A DNA stretch of 64,000 nt from a virus. Its lineage: Duplodnaviria; Heunggongvirae; Uroviricota; Caudoviricetes. The notes under the pieces are model-generated. The model saw only the letters and a list, made by a program, of their open reading frames with translations. It made no database searches and was not told where the DNA came from. The DNA lies in IMG/VR virus record IMGVR_UViG_3300000439_000006. One strand, given 5' to 3'. Below, piece after piece: positions 38,693 to 47,785 of the stretch; positions within the stretch are counted from its first letter, which is position 1, and each line of letters starts with the position of its first letter. A program made the position numbers and the translations under genes.

Positions 38693-39300
38693 ACGCCCGG
38701 ATTACCCACTAACAAACAAGGAAGGCCTGTTGCTTCAGCTAAAGCTAGCATTTTAAATACTTCTTCTTTGTTTATCAAAGAAGTTTCGATGGTTCTTACT
38801 TCTTGTGCTGCTCTCTTTGTCAATAATCTTGCTTTTGGCTGTTGAGTCGTACTCATGTTTTTTACTTTTTGTTGTTTAATAATTTTCTCTATATCGAGAG
38901 CAGAGTAATCTGCTAGTAGCTCAAAGGACTTTTCGCCAATAGTATCACTTGTACCAGCGTGTCGTCCATTCTTAGTAAGATATAAATGTTGTCTTTCGAT
39001 TGTATATTCCCAACCAATTACAGGATTTTGTTCTATACACTTATCAATCGTGACGATTTGACCTTTCAAATCAGGATGACAACCCAACCCGGAATTTACA
39101 ATCTTCACTCTGTCTCCCTTTTTAAACTTGGCAACAGATGGTGGTGGTTCTTCTGGTAAAGGTATAGTTCTTAACCATCTATGTACACCACGTAATGTAG
39201 TCACCACTTTATAGTTGAAACCATCATTACCTTTCATGATGGTTCCAACTGGAGTGGCTGCAGCTGATTGACTTGGGGAAGGTCTTGAAACCCTACTCAT
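38693..39300 (-). CDS. MoxR-type AAA+ ATPase, exon 1 (N-terminal domain plus the first half of Walker A)
   Basis: The ORF ends ...GLPCLLVGNPGVSTK*. LLVGNPGV is the start of a MoxR Walker A (LLxGxPGxAKT), which is cut off by the insertion. Confidence 0.55.
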
Positions 39301-39303
39301 AGC

Positions 39304-39657
39304 TTACAACGCTGCAAAACTATCAGCGCTACTTTGCTCTTGAGCTGTAACGTGATGTTCACTTGGAGATACCGGGATGTCAATGTTTTGAACATCCACT
39401 ACGATTGGAGCTTTTTTTTCTTCTGCAGAAGCTTTCTTACTGTCATCTATTATTACAAAGATCTTAGCACTTGTTTGTGCATCTTTTAATAACGGATGTT
39501 TTTTAATAGACTCAAGTTGACTTTCTGGAGCGTTATACTTTTCTTGTATACTACCAAAACCAACATCGTTTTTCTTTAACCAAGTTAAACGATTTTTCAA
39601 ATCTTCTAAAAGATCTTGCGCGGTGATTTGCACCTTCTCGATTTTTTCCTCTATCAT
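39304..39657 (-). CDS. Hypothetical protein
   Basis: 117-aa ORF. Confidence 0.45.
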   Translation of the reverse strand: MIEEKIEKVQITAQDLLEDLKNRLTWLKKNDVGFGSIQEKYNAPESQLESIKKHPLLKDAQTSAKIFVIIDDSKKASAEEKKAPIVVDVQNIDIPVSPSEHHVTAQEQSSADSFAAL

Positions 39658-39674
39658 GTTTGTTGTTTAAAAAT

Positions 39675-40391
39675 TTACCAATTAATACAAAAGCTTGGTC
39701 CGTTCATACCTTTAATAAGCTTGTTACAAGCGTTAAAGACGTTATTACAGTCCCAATCTTTACCAGAATACCCAGCTGATGCGGGATGACTGGCTTTTAA
39801 TATGTGGTGATTTTGTCCTATTATATCTTCAAGCTCTTGAGCTTGTTTTCCTAATAAGATGAAAACCAATCCACTGTTTGTTAGATTCAGCATATCTATA
39901 GTGTAAGAAACGAAGTCTTTCCATATAGCTGTATGTGATCCAGGCTTGTCAATCTGACATGTTAAAGCGCTGTTTAATAACAACACTCCCTGATTAGCCC
40001 AGCGTTTCAGATTAGGATCCTGATTTGTTGGCCATTCCTCAAACACTGTCTTCTCCAGTTGTTTGAATATTTCTTTCAAACTTGGCTGAGGAATACCAGT
40101 GAAACCACATGAAAAAGCCATACCATCGGAAATATTTATTCCCGGATATGGATCCTGTCCCACTATTACAACCTTAAGTTGATCTAGAGGACATTCCTCG
40201 AACGCTCTAAAGACATACTTAAGAGGAGGAGTAAATCTCAATCCTTCTTGTCGTAAATCATAGAGCTTCTTAATAATCTTATCAAAGTCGGAACTTTGGA
40301 TAAATCCTTTTAGCTTATGGGCCCAGCCTGTGGGTTTAAGCTTTTCTATAAGTTTTTCTTTGATCTCTTCGAGATTTGGTTGTTCTATCAT
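39675..40391 (-). CDS. ung: Uracil-DNA glycosylase (family 1)
   Basis: VVIVGQDPYPG matches the UDG GQDPY(H) water-activating motif. LLLNSALT and C-terminal HPASAG motifs are also present. 238 aa. Confidence 0.75.
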   Translation of the reverse strand: MIEQPNLEEIKEKLIEKLKPTGWAHKLKGFIQSSDFDKIIKKLYDLRQEGLRFTPPLKYVFRAFEECPLDQLKVVIVGQDPYPGINISDGMAFSCGFTGIPQPSLKEIFKQLEKTVFEEWPTNQDPNLKRWANQGVLLLNSALTCQIDKPGSHTAIWKDFVSYTIDMLNLTNSGLVFILLGKQAQELEDIIGQNHHILKASHPASAGYSGKDWDCNNVFNACNKLIKGMNGPSFCINW

Positions 40392-40412
40392 ATCTTTGTA
40401 GAAATAATTATT

Positions 40413-40700
40413 ATGTCAAAAGTAACTACGATAAAGAAAGATGCTAAAGTGACCATCACATTAGGTACAGGTTTCATAGAGGTTTTACAGAAAACGTTAG
40501 TCAATCTGTCTTCAGGTAGAACACCTGAAGAAACAGCTAAGTTTTATAAACTAGCTACAGAACAAAATCATGCTGAGCTAGAACCCTGGATGTTTAACAT
40601 ACTTACAATAGCTTCTCTACTAAAAGAGATAGAAACTGAAGCTATTAAAAACAACCTCACTATAGAAGAGGACAGTTCGTCTGTACTCCCAGATCTATAG
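40413..40700 (+). CDS. Hypothetical protein; lone plus-strand gene embedded in the minus block (start at the internal MSKVTT)
   Basis: 95-aa ORF after trimming the hydrophobic, AT-codon N-terminal extension of the 127-aa ORF. Confidence 0.35.
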   Translation: MSKVTTIKKDAKVTITLGTGFIEVLQKTLVNLSSGRTPEETAKFYKLATEQNHAELEPWMFNILTIASLLKEIETEAIKNNLTIEEDSSSVLPDL

Positions 40701-41055
40701 CCGCCTGTATTGCTAGAGATAGTTCTTCTTTAGAACAATCACCGAATGATTTAGCTAGGAAGTATTCTTTACCGGATACTTCCCGGGCTAGACAAAGTCC
40801 GGCTTGATCTTTTATCATAAGCTTAAGATCTTCTACAGAGATTCCAGTATGTATTGACAGTGTTTTTAACATAGCGTGAATCTTAGCCAATTGTGGAAGG
40901 GTTCCATCATCATGAGTTGCTTCATAGAAGAACTCAACTATCTGTCCCTCCTCCACTTTGGAAACAAACAACTCGAATTGTTTTGAGAGCGCGAGAGATA
41001 TAAACTCTAAGCGTCCTCTTTTCTTTCGCATCTTTCCGTTAAAATATCCAGTCAT
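40660..41055 (-). CDS. Hypothetical protein
   Basis: 131-aa ORF. Confidence 0.45.
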   Translation of the reverse strand: MTGYFNGKMRKKRGRLEFISLALSKQFELFVSKVEEGQIVEFFYEATHDDGTLPQLAKIHAMLKTLSIHTGISVEDLKLMIKDQAGLCLAREVSGKEYFLAKSFGDCSKEELSLAIQAAIDLGVQTNCPLL

Positions 41056-42164
41056 ACATCGAAGTATTTTATTTTTGTTGAATCAAAGCCTTTTAAAGCT
41101 TCTTTTACCCATAGATCATCCACTGTATCTTTATAACACAATATGTGAATCACGGCCATGTCTTTAGGATTAAGTCTTAGAAACCTACCTATACGCTGTG
41201 CACTCTTACGTTCGTTTCCGTACGCATGTAGAATGATACCTGCGCGAAGGTTAGGAATATTTACACCCTCATTAAGCTGAAGAACACAAGAAGCCTGGTT
41301 AATATCTCCATTCTTTAGCTTCTCAAGATTGACATCACTGTCTTCATGATTAGCATGTATAGGATATGGAGAGAGTCTTTCAGCTTGTTCTTGTGTGTTA
41401 CAAAATATTAGACACTTTTCATCAATACTTAGGGCTAGTTTTTTAGCATAGGCTTCTTTTGTGGGCCCGCTCATTAAACTCTTCATGCGCATGATAGTAG
41501 CTATCTGTGAAGCTTTTTTACTAGTAGCAGCCAATATAGTGTCACTCCAATAGTTATAGTCGTTCACTTCAGACTTATAGAAATGCCCACCGTCTTTCTT
41601 CATCACCTTGATTGTCTTTGCTGAAGACAGCGACATTCTGTGAACGATGATACGATAGTCATTTAAAATCTGATCATCTATAGCGTCATCTGTTATATAC
41701 GTATATTTAACAGGACATGCGCTAGCCACCATCTTTCCTTTCTCACCGTTTTCATATCGTGGCGGAGTACCGGTTAGTCCCAGTATTCTTCCAGTGTAGA
41801 ATGTTAGAAAAGATAGATGTGAATAGAGAAGATTGTGAACCTCATCGAACACAACAACACTATAATCATTTGGATTTTGTTTCTTAAGAGAGATGTAAGT
41901 GACAAAGTCTATGTTATCCATGATGTCTTTTAGAACATTATGTTTAGCAGCTTCGTCTTTCCAGGTTTGGAATACAGATAGTTTAGGGCCCACAATCAAG
42001 ATTTTTTTACGAATCTTTTTTGTGAGCCATAAACTCTGTAAATATCTCAGTCCTACAAGAGTTTTACCAACTCCCATGGAGACTGCCGCAGTAGCTCTTG
42101 GGGTATCTAACATTATTTGTAAACATTCATTTTGAATATCTTCTCTAGTTTTTTTAATTTTCAC
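41052..42164 (-). CDS. SF2 helicase (DEAH-box ATPase)
   Basis: AAVSMGVGKT is Walker A. VVFDEVHN is a DEAH box. 370 aa. Confidence 0.6.
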   Translation of the reverse strand: MKIKKTREDIQNECLQIMLDTPRATAAVSMGVGKTLVGLRYLQSLWLTKKIRKKILIVGPKLSVFQTWKDEAAKHNVLKDIMDNIDFVTYISLKKQNPNDYSVVVFDEVHNLLYSHLSFLTFYTGRILGLTGTPPRYENGEKGKMVASACPVKYTYITDDAIDDQILNDYRIIVHRMSLSSAKTIKVMKKDGGHFYKSEVNDYNYWSDTILAATSKKASQIATIMRMKSLMSGPTKEAYAKKLALSIDEKCLIFCNTQEQAERLSPYPIHANHEDSDVNLEKLKNGDINQASCVLQLNEGVNIPNLRAGIILHAYGNERKSAQRIGRFLRLNPKDMAVIHILCYKDTVDDLWVKEALKGFDSTKIKYFDV

Positions 42165-42294
42165 TTTTTATTTACTTTTACAAATAAACCCATCGACAAA
42201 GCAATAGTACATCTTGGATTTTCTAAAGCTATCTCGAGAGACTCATTTTGTACTTGCTCGCGCTTATTACTCATAGTCTACAAATGTACGATTT

Positions 42295-44004
42295 TTATGC
42301 GGTTATACCAAGTCTTTGGCGGATAGCTGTAAGCGTTGTTTCGTTGTAGAACTTTCCATCTTTAAAGATGACCTGCAGCTTATTTTCTGAAGAGTTTACA
42401 TCGGCCCAAGACACCTGATCTTTAAGGATGTAATGTCCATCAGCATCTTGTGTAACCATTAATAAACCTTTAGCGCTTTTCTTAACACCATCATCAGTGA
42501 TAGGATCTTTAAAGATTTCTCTACCAACAAGTTTATAATCTGGAGACACACATGTTTCTTCAAAATCTCCACATATTTCCCCATTACCATGATCTGGACA
42601 ACCGTTATGAGCATTGATTCCACCCATAGAACATCTTCCTGTACGTTCTAAAACTTCTACATAAGTAGCTTTCATCGCAAAACCAAATGTATCTCTAGTG
42701 TTATACTGATAGGTAAATGAACCAACACCTAATACAATATTTGTTGAAGCAAATCCTTTAGCTTCTAAACGTTTACAGATTTCGTTTGCTCTATCAATAG
42801 TGATACTATCACCATAAATAGCTCCAATATGTGGATCTAGTACTTTATAACCTTGATCAGTTATAGTACCTCCAAATACTTCCCAAAGTAGTTCTATTAC
42901 TCCTTTATTTTTTGATAATCTTTCATAAGGGATATATCCATCTTTTGTTTTGGTATAAAAAGATTGATTTGTATCTGAAGATTCTTCAATAAAAATAAAT
43001 TTCTGTCCTTCTGGTAAGATATATGGTTTATCTATATCTTCTTTAGAAATTACACGATATGATTCATTTTCACCACAAATAATATCAACCGGATCTCCTG
43101 AGTCAGGGCGAATAACTAGTTTACCATCACGTGCTAAAATCTCTTCTTTCAACGTTACAATATGCTCAGTACATACTTTCCATAGATCCCAAGTATCTGA
43201 TACTATTGATAATATCCCCGTAGGATAGGTTTCTAATAGTCTACTAAAGGTTTCTATTTCATCATCTTTGCTTCCCGCACACATTACTGAGTGTTCAGTA
43301 GCATTAACAGATCCAACTACCACTCCAGTTTCTCCATAATACTTTCTAGCACCATGTATAACAGGAAGTGAGTCTGATCCTTTAAATGATGTAGCGTGAC
43401 CCAAACCTGAGCTGATTACAGCATCAACTGAATCCATTCCTCTCATAGAAAAGTCATGTCCTTGCCAGTCAATAAACCAAGCTTTTTCTTTATCAGTTTT
43501 TTCCATCCAACTAGTTAACACCTTACGATATGTACTAGCTATAGTAGCTGATGTAAGTGGTTTCCATAATAGATTAGAAATGATTGTTTCTAAATAATTA
43601 GTAACCCAATAAAAGTCTGAGTGAGTGTTATGTATACATAACACAGGCACTCTAATATCTACAAAGTTTCCTTCTTCTATAGCTCTGATTTCAACAGGTA
43701 AATACCCAAGATCATGTAAAGCTTCAAAATGAGAAACATCATAGTTTGTATTTAGATACATAGAAAGCTCTCTTTTCATTTCTCCACAAACTTCTTCTTT
43801 TGGTTTAGAGAAAAAATCATTATCAAAAGCTTCGTATATCTGTTTAACAATCATTTGTTGACCAAAAGATACAACTTTATCACACCCTTTTGGAGCGTAT
43901 TTATTACTTCTTGGAGTAAAATTAGAAAACACCAAACTTGTTCCTTCAGGATATTGTTGATGATGTCCTGTCTTATAACCATCTGTTAATAACAATGGAT
44001 TCAT
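42295..44004 (-). CDS. NAMPT-family phosphoribosyltransferase (NadV/Namat-like)
   Basis: N-terminal MNPLLLTDGYKTGHHQQYP matches the NAMPT N-terminus (N..L.TDSYK..H..QYP). 569 aa. Confidence 0.7.
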   Translation of the reverse strand: MNPLLLTDGYKTGHHQQYPEGTSLVFSNFTPRSNKYAPKGCDKVVSFGQQMIVKQIYEAFDNDFFSKPKEEVCGEMKRELSMYLNTNYDVSHFEALHDLGYLPVEIRAIEEGNFVDIRVPVLCIHNTHSDFYWVTNYLETIISNLLWKPLTSATIASTYRKVLTSWMEKTDKEKAWFIDWQGHDFSMRGMDSVDAVISSGLGHATSFKGSDSLPVIHGARKYYGETGVVVGSVNATEHSVMCAGSKDDEIETFSRLLETYPTGILSIVSDTWDLWKVCTEHIVTLKEEILARDGKLVIRPDSGDPVDIICGENESYRVISKEDIDKPYILPEGQKFIFIEESSDTNQSFYTKTKDGYIPYERLSKNKGVIELLWEVFGGTITDQGYKVLDPHIGAIYGDSITIDRANEICKRLEAKGFASTNIVLGVGSFTYQYNTRDTFGFAMKATYVEVLERTGRCSMGGINAHNGCPDHGNGEICGDFEETCVSPDYKLVGREIFKDPITDDGVKKSAKGLLMVTQDADGHYILKDQVSWADVNSSENKLQVIFKDGKFYNETTLTAIRQRLGITA

Positions 44005-44015
44005 ATTAAATATTT

Positions 44016-44483
44016 TTATGGTTTGTAAATAACAACTGTGACATCACAGTTTCTTAGTTCTTTTTCAATAATAGGTTTGATAAGATCCCAATTCCCCCCG
44101 GCCAAATGGGAGCCAATTTGAGGAAGACCAATGTGTTTTCCTCTAAAGATAGCGTTCATCTTTCTCATACAAAGCGTAAACGCTTCATAATCAAAAGGTT
44201 TTGTCTCTGTACTCCACTGATATTGTGTATAAGCGTTGACAACATACACTGCTTTAGCTAGATCTTTTCTAGATATTAAGACAACGTCTATTTGTCCAAG
44301 CTTGTTTATATCACCAGAGTATTTAACATCTTCCAGCTTGAATACATCACAACCAAAAGCTGCAGCCATCTGTGGAGCGATTCCTCGTTTCATCCTACAG
44401 AAACAGTTACATCCGTGGGCAATGACATCAAAGTGTCCTTCTTTAGCCAGCTTTATCAAATCACCTTCTATTTCGTTATACAT
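44016..44483 (-). CDS. Macro domain protein (ADP-ribose binding or processing)
   Basis: DVIAHGCNCFCRMKRGIAPQMAAAFG and GLPQIGSHLAGGNW resemble the macro-domain nucleotide-binding loops. 155 aa. Confidence 0.55.
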   Translation of the reverse strand: MYNEIEGDLIKLAKEGHFDVIAHGCNCFCRMKRGIAPQMAAAFGCDVFKLEDVKYSGDINKLGQIDVVLISRKDLAKAVYVVNAYTQYQWSTETKPFDYEAFTLCMRKMNAIFRGKHIGLPQIGSHLAGGNWDLIKPIIEKELRNCDVTVVIYKP

Positions 44484-45274
44484 GGTGTAAAAGGTATTGT
44501 GGTGATAAAACTATTACTATTGGTAAAACGATAACTATCAGATGTGATGATATGGTTTATATCGTGCTCTGAAAGAGTTTTAAATCCTTTAGAGAATATA
44601 CCATGAGTCACTATCAGTGTAAGAAACGCTGGTTTTATCTGACTGGCTATACCAACAAAGGTGCCGCCTCCGTCACATAAGTCATCAATGATGACACAAT
44701 TTTTTCCTGTACACTTTTCAGGCTCCAACACTTTAAGATCAATCTTTCCATTGCTTAAGTCTCTTGTTTTTGTACAATAGACAACATCAACGATGTTCTT
44801 GTTCCATTCTAAGTATTTTCCCACTTTCTTTACAGCGCCAGCATCTGGACAGATGAGTATAGAATCTGGTTTGTTATAAGCATCTACTAAAACCTTGTTT
44901 GAGATGTTTACACTGTTCTTGATGAGAGCTTTAGCTACATCAGAGTGCACATCATATAACACGACCTTTTCAAACTTACACATGTTGATCAACTCAGCAA
45001 CCACTTCCAGGTCACAAGAGTCTCCATCTTCCATCACTCTATCAAAGCGCGCGGCTATAAGATAGGGAATAACTAACACCTTCTTCTTAGCGAATAGGTG
45101 ATCCAACGCATTACTCACTTCGAGTAGATGCATCATATCTAAGCTGCTTCTTAAGGCGCAACTAACCTCTACTTCATCTCCCTCGTTTACGTCTATAACA
45201 TTGACATGAGGTTGATTGTCCGGAAAAAGCTTTAAGCTAACCCTTTGTTGGTGGTTCAGATCTATCTGTTTCAT
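44468..45274 (-). CDS. Ribose-phosphate pyrophosphokinase (Prs)-like enzyme, candidate ADP-ribose pyrophosphokinase (Adps)
   Basis: CVIIDDLCDGGGT is the PRPP-binding motif (DDxxDTGGT). 268 aa. Immediately upstream of the macro and NAMPT-like genes. Confidence 0.6.
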   Translation of the reverse strand: MKQIDLNHQQRVSLKLFPDNQPHVNVIDVNEGDEVEVSCALRSSLDMMHLLEVSNALDHLFAKKKVLVIPYLIAARFDRVMEDGDSCDLEVVAELINMCKFEKVVLYDVHSDVAKALIKNSVNISNKVLVDAYNKPDSILICPDAGAVKKVGKYLEWNKNIVDVVYCTKTRDLSNGKIDLKVLEPEKCTGKNCVIIDDLCDGGGTFVGIASQIKPAFLTLIVTHGIFSKGFKTLSEHDINHIITSDSYRFTNSNSFITTIPFTPCITK

Positions 45275-45282
45275 AACTTTTG

Positions 45283-45501
45283 TTAATGTTTTGTTTGTTC
45301 AATCATAGGAACCTCTGGATATATTATAAATTTACCATTGTCCCAATCAAAGCCTTTTCTTGCATTAACCACTCCAGTGACTTGAGTACCACCCATTCCA
45401 CCTTTGTTATTAGGAATACAAACCATAAGCTTTGAGTTTCTCTCATTCTGTTCTATAGCACGATCCACTTGTTCTTTTAATGCACCTAATGTTAGTATCA
45501 T
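45283..45501 (-). CDS. Hypothetical protein
   Basis: 72-aa ORF. Confidence 0.35.
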   Translation of the reverse strand: MILTLGALKEQVDRAIEQNERNSKLMVCIPNNKGGMGGTQVTGVVNARKGFDWDNGKFIIYPEVPMIEQTKH

Positions 45502-45503
45502 AG

Positions 45504-45776
45504 TTAAACAATATTAGTTAATGGATATGTGTTCTTCAAAGCTTCTTCTGTAAGTTCATTAAGATCTTCATCACTCATTGGTCTGTTTTCTACTCGTATT
45601 TGTTCTTTTACAGCAGCTTTAACATGCATCTGAGCAAACTCTATCATAGCTCTATACTGAACACCTTTTAAAACATCAGCTACAGTGGTTTGTTCTGTAG
45701 CAGGTGTATTCTTTTTCCAATCTTCTTTGATTGTAAAAAGGAAATCTTTAGCTGTTGGTATTTTAATACTCATCAT
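45504..45776 (-). CDS. Hypothetical protein
   Basis: 90-aa ORF. Confidence 0.4.
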   Translation of the reverse strand: MMSIKIPTAKDFLFTIKEDWKKNTPATEQTTVADVLKGVQYRAMIEFAQMHVKAAVKEQIRVENRPMSDEDLNELTEEALKNTYPLTNIV

Positions 45777-46002
45777 CTTCAGTTGTACTATCCCCTCTTA
45801 CTAGGTCTAGTTGATTACCAATTTCTTTTATTGTACCAGCTAAATGTTTAGCTAGGTTTTTAACTGCTTCTGGATCAAGAGAGCTTAACCACTCATCTTG
45901 CTTTTCTATAGGACAGTCTTCAAAGCACGTAGGCTTTCTTCTGTCTTCATCTTCAAATTTGTGGAAGATGTATATACCACTAAGGTTTCTTCTTTTAGAC
46001 AT
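45763..46002 (-). CDS. Hypothetical protein
   Basis: 79-aa ORF. Confidence 0.35.
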   Translation of the reverse strand: MSKRRNLSGIYIFHKFEDEDRRKPTCFEDCPIEKQDEWLSSLDPEAVKNLAKHLAGTIKEIGNQLDLVRGDSTTEDDEY

Positions 46003-46005
46003 GAT

Positions 46006-46257
46006 TTATAATGTTTTAATGTATTCTTTAATAAGTTCTTCTGTGGTAAAAAGAACATCTAGTAGTTGACCAAACTTTTTTGTCCATTTTATCTCACTAT
46101 TGATAACATAACCATAATAATGTTCAGCAACATACTCAGCAAAACCTTTCATGTGTTTTAAGGTTACTTCTAAATTTTCTAAAGCCTCACTTTCACAATT
46201 ATTATCTGTATGATAATCTTCAGCTATATAGTAATGTTCTTTTTCTATCTTATTCAT
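46006..46257 (-). CDS. Hypothetical protein
   Basis: 83-aa ORF. Confidence 0.35.
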   Translation of the reverse strand: MNKIEKEHYYIAEDYHTDNNCESEALENLEVTLKHMKGFAEYVAEHYYGYVINSEIKWTKKFGQLLDVLFTTEELIKEYIKTL

Positions 46258-46669
46258 CTTCTTTGTTTAAACGTGATTCACTAAGACCCAACTCTTTAGC
46301 TTCTTCAGGGTGAAGCTCGATGTATGTATGACAAGATCTACATGCAGCTAACCATGTACCAACCTTCAACATATATTCACCACGGCCTTTTTTATGGTGA
46401 ACATCAGTGGAAATACCTGTGCATCCTACAAGCTTAGCTTCACAATGAGGCTTAGCTACAAGGAAAGCTTCTCTAAGCTTACTGTATACAGATAGTTCTT
46501 CTTTCTTTTTCTTGCTAACTGGAGCTATTTTGGTAGTAGATCTATCAATACTTTTGGGAGGCTGGATGTTACTCCAGCACTCCTGACATAGTTTTTCTTT
46601 TTTCCCAAGAGACTTCCAGATGTGTTTGAGTTTGTTACAACCGGTACACATTTTAAGTTTACTTAACAT
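46250..46669 (-). CDS. Small HNH / Zn-ribbon nuclease-like protein
   Basis: N-terminal CTGCNK...CQEC; C-terminal DVHHKKGRG...CRSCH is HNH-like. Confidence 0.45.
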   Translation of the reverse strand: MLSKLKMCTGCNKLKHIWKSLGKKEKLCQECWSNIQPPKSIDRSTTKIAPVSKKKKEELSVYSKLREAFLVAKPHCEAKLVGCTGISTDVHHKKGRGEYMLKVGTWLAACRSCHTYIELHPEEAKELGLSESRLNKEDE

Positions 46670-47193
46670 ACGCCTAAATTAAAAAAGTTTACAGGAAGGA
46701 TTTTAGCTTCCACAAGTCTGGTGGCGATCATCACTCGTGTAATCTTAAGTTCTTTAAAAGACATTTTGTTCTTGATCTTGTTATCAACATCCTTCATTTC
46801 AGCTAAGTCTTTTACAACTCTACTGTTAGGAAACATCTTACTAAGAAAGCTATTAACACTTTCGTTAATGATTTCTTGTTTCCAAAGATTTAAAAGGATT
46901 TGTGTCTTATTAAACAAGTCAGTTATCTTTCTCTTTTTAGCTGGAGATAACTCCGCTAATTCTGATTCAGAATAACTACTCAACCCATAAACAACCTGAT
47001 TATAAAGTTGTTGTTGTGTTTTATTAAAGCTTTTAAACTCTAATTGTTGATACTTAGACACGCCCTTAGCTGGATAGTGTTTATTGTTTGGGTTGGTTTT
47101 GTTATCATAATACATCCACTGATGTTTCTGTGAATCTGCGTAACATATAAGTACGCCTGTAGCCGAAGCCGAGATTGTTTTGTTCGGATTCAT
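46663..47193 (-). CDS. Hypothetical protein
   Basis: 176-aa ORF. Confidence 0.45.
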   Translation of the reverse strand: MNPNKTISASATGVLICYADSQKHQWMYYDNKTNPNNKHYPAKGVSKYQQLEFKSFNKTQQQLYNQVVYGLSSYSESELAELSPAKKRKITDLFNKTQILLNLWKQEIINESVNSFLSKMFPNSRVVKDLAEMKDVDNKIKNKMSFKELKITRVMIATRLVEAKILPVNFFNLGVC

Positions 47194-47220
47194 AATATTC
47201 TTTTTATAATGTGTGAGAAA

Positions 47221-47253
47221 TAAAAAGGCTCTATGTGTTATAGAGCCTTTTTC
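47221..47253. terminator. Bidirectional intrinsic terminator
   Basis: AAAAAGGCTCTAT-gtgt-TATAGAGCCTTTTT, a perfect hairpin flanked by an A-run and a T-run. Confidence 0.6.
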
Positions 47254-47268
47254 AAATAAATAATACGC

Positions 47269-47733
47269 CTATAGATCTGCGTCAATGTTCTTACTTAAAA
47301 GACTCATTGTTTTAGATGCTGATTGGGCTTGTTTTATCTCGGTTGAGTTATCATGCGCGATAAACTCATCTCGAGCGTCTTCGTTAGGTGTAAAGTAACA
47401 TTCTCTATAAATCGGTTGTCCATCAATAGTACACACTACACCAGTATCTCCAGCCATCTTAAGATTTTTCTCTGGAGAGTCTGGTTGTGGGGGTATCAAT
47501 GACTCTACAACTACGATTTTACCGTTCACTTTATCACCATCTTTATAGTTACACTCTAAAAGATCTTCAATTTTACCTTTGATAAAAGCTGATCTTTTAG
47601 CTTTGCGTAACCACCCCCTGTCATTTATAACAAGAAGTATTTGTTCTACGCGGATAGACCCATACTCGGGCTTATTAGGATATACATTAATAATGCTTCC
47701 CTGTTTGTCCGCTTTAATTACAACTTTACTCAT
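47269..47733 (-). CDS. Hypothetical protein
   Basis: 154-aa ORF. Confidence 0.45.
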   Translation of the reverse strand: MSKVVIKADKQGSIINVYPNKPEYGSIRVEQILLVINDRGWLRKAKRSAFIKGKIEDLLECNYKDGDKVNGKIVVVESLIPPQPDSPEKNLKMAGDTGVVCTIDGQPIYRECYFTPNEDARDEFIAHDNSTEIKQAQSASKTMSLLSKNIDADL

Positions 47734-47740
47734 AATTTAC

Positions 47741-47772
47741 AAAGCTTGGTTAATAAAAAAGCCCCAGAGACT
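47741..47772 (-). terminator. Intrinsic terminator (minus strand)
   Basis: An AGCCCC...GGGGCT hairpin is followed on the minus strand by TTTTTTATTA. Confidence 0.55.
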
Positions 47773-47785
47773 TCCGGGGCTTGTG

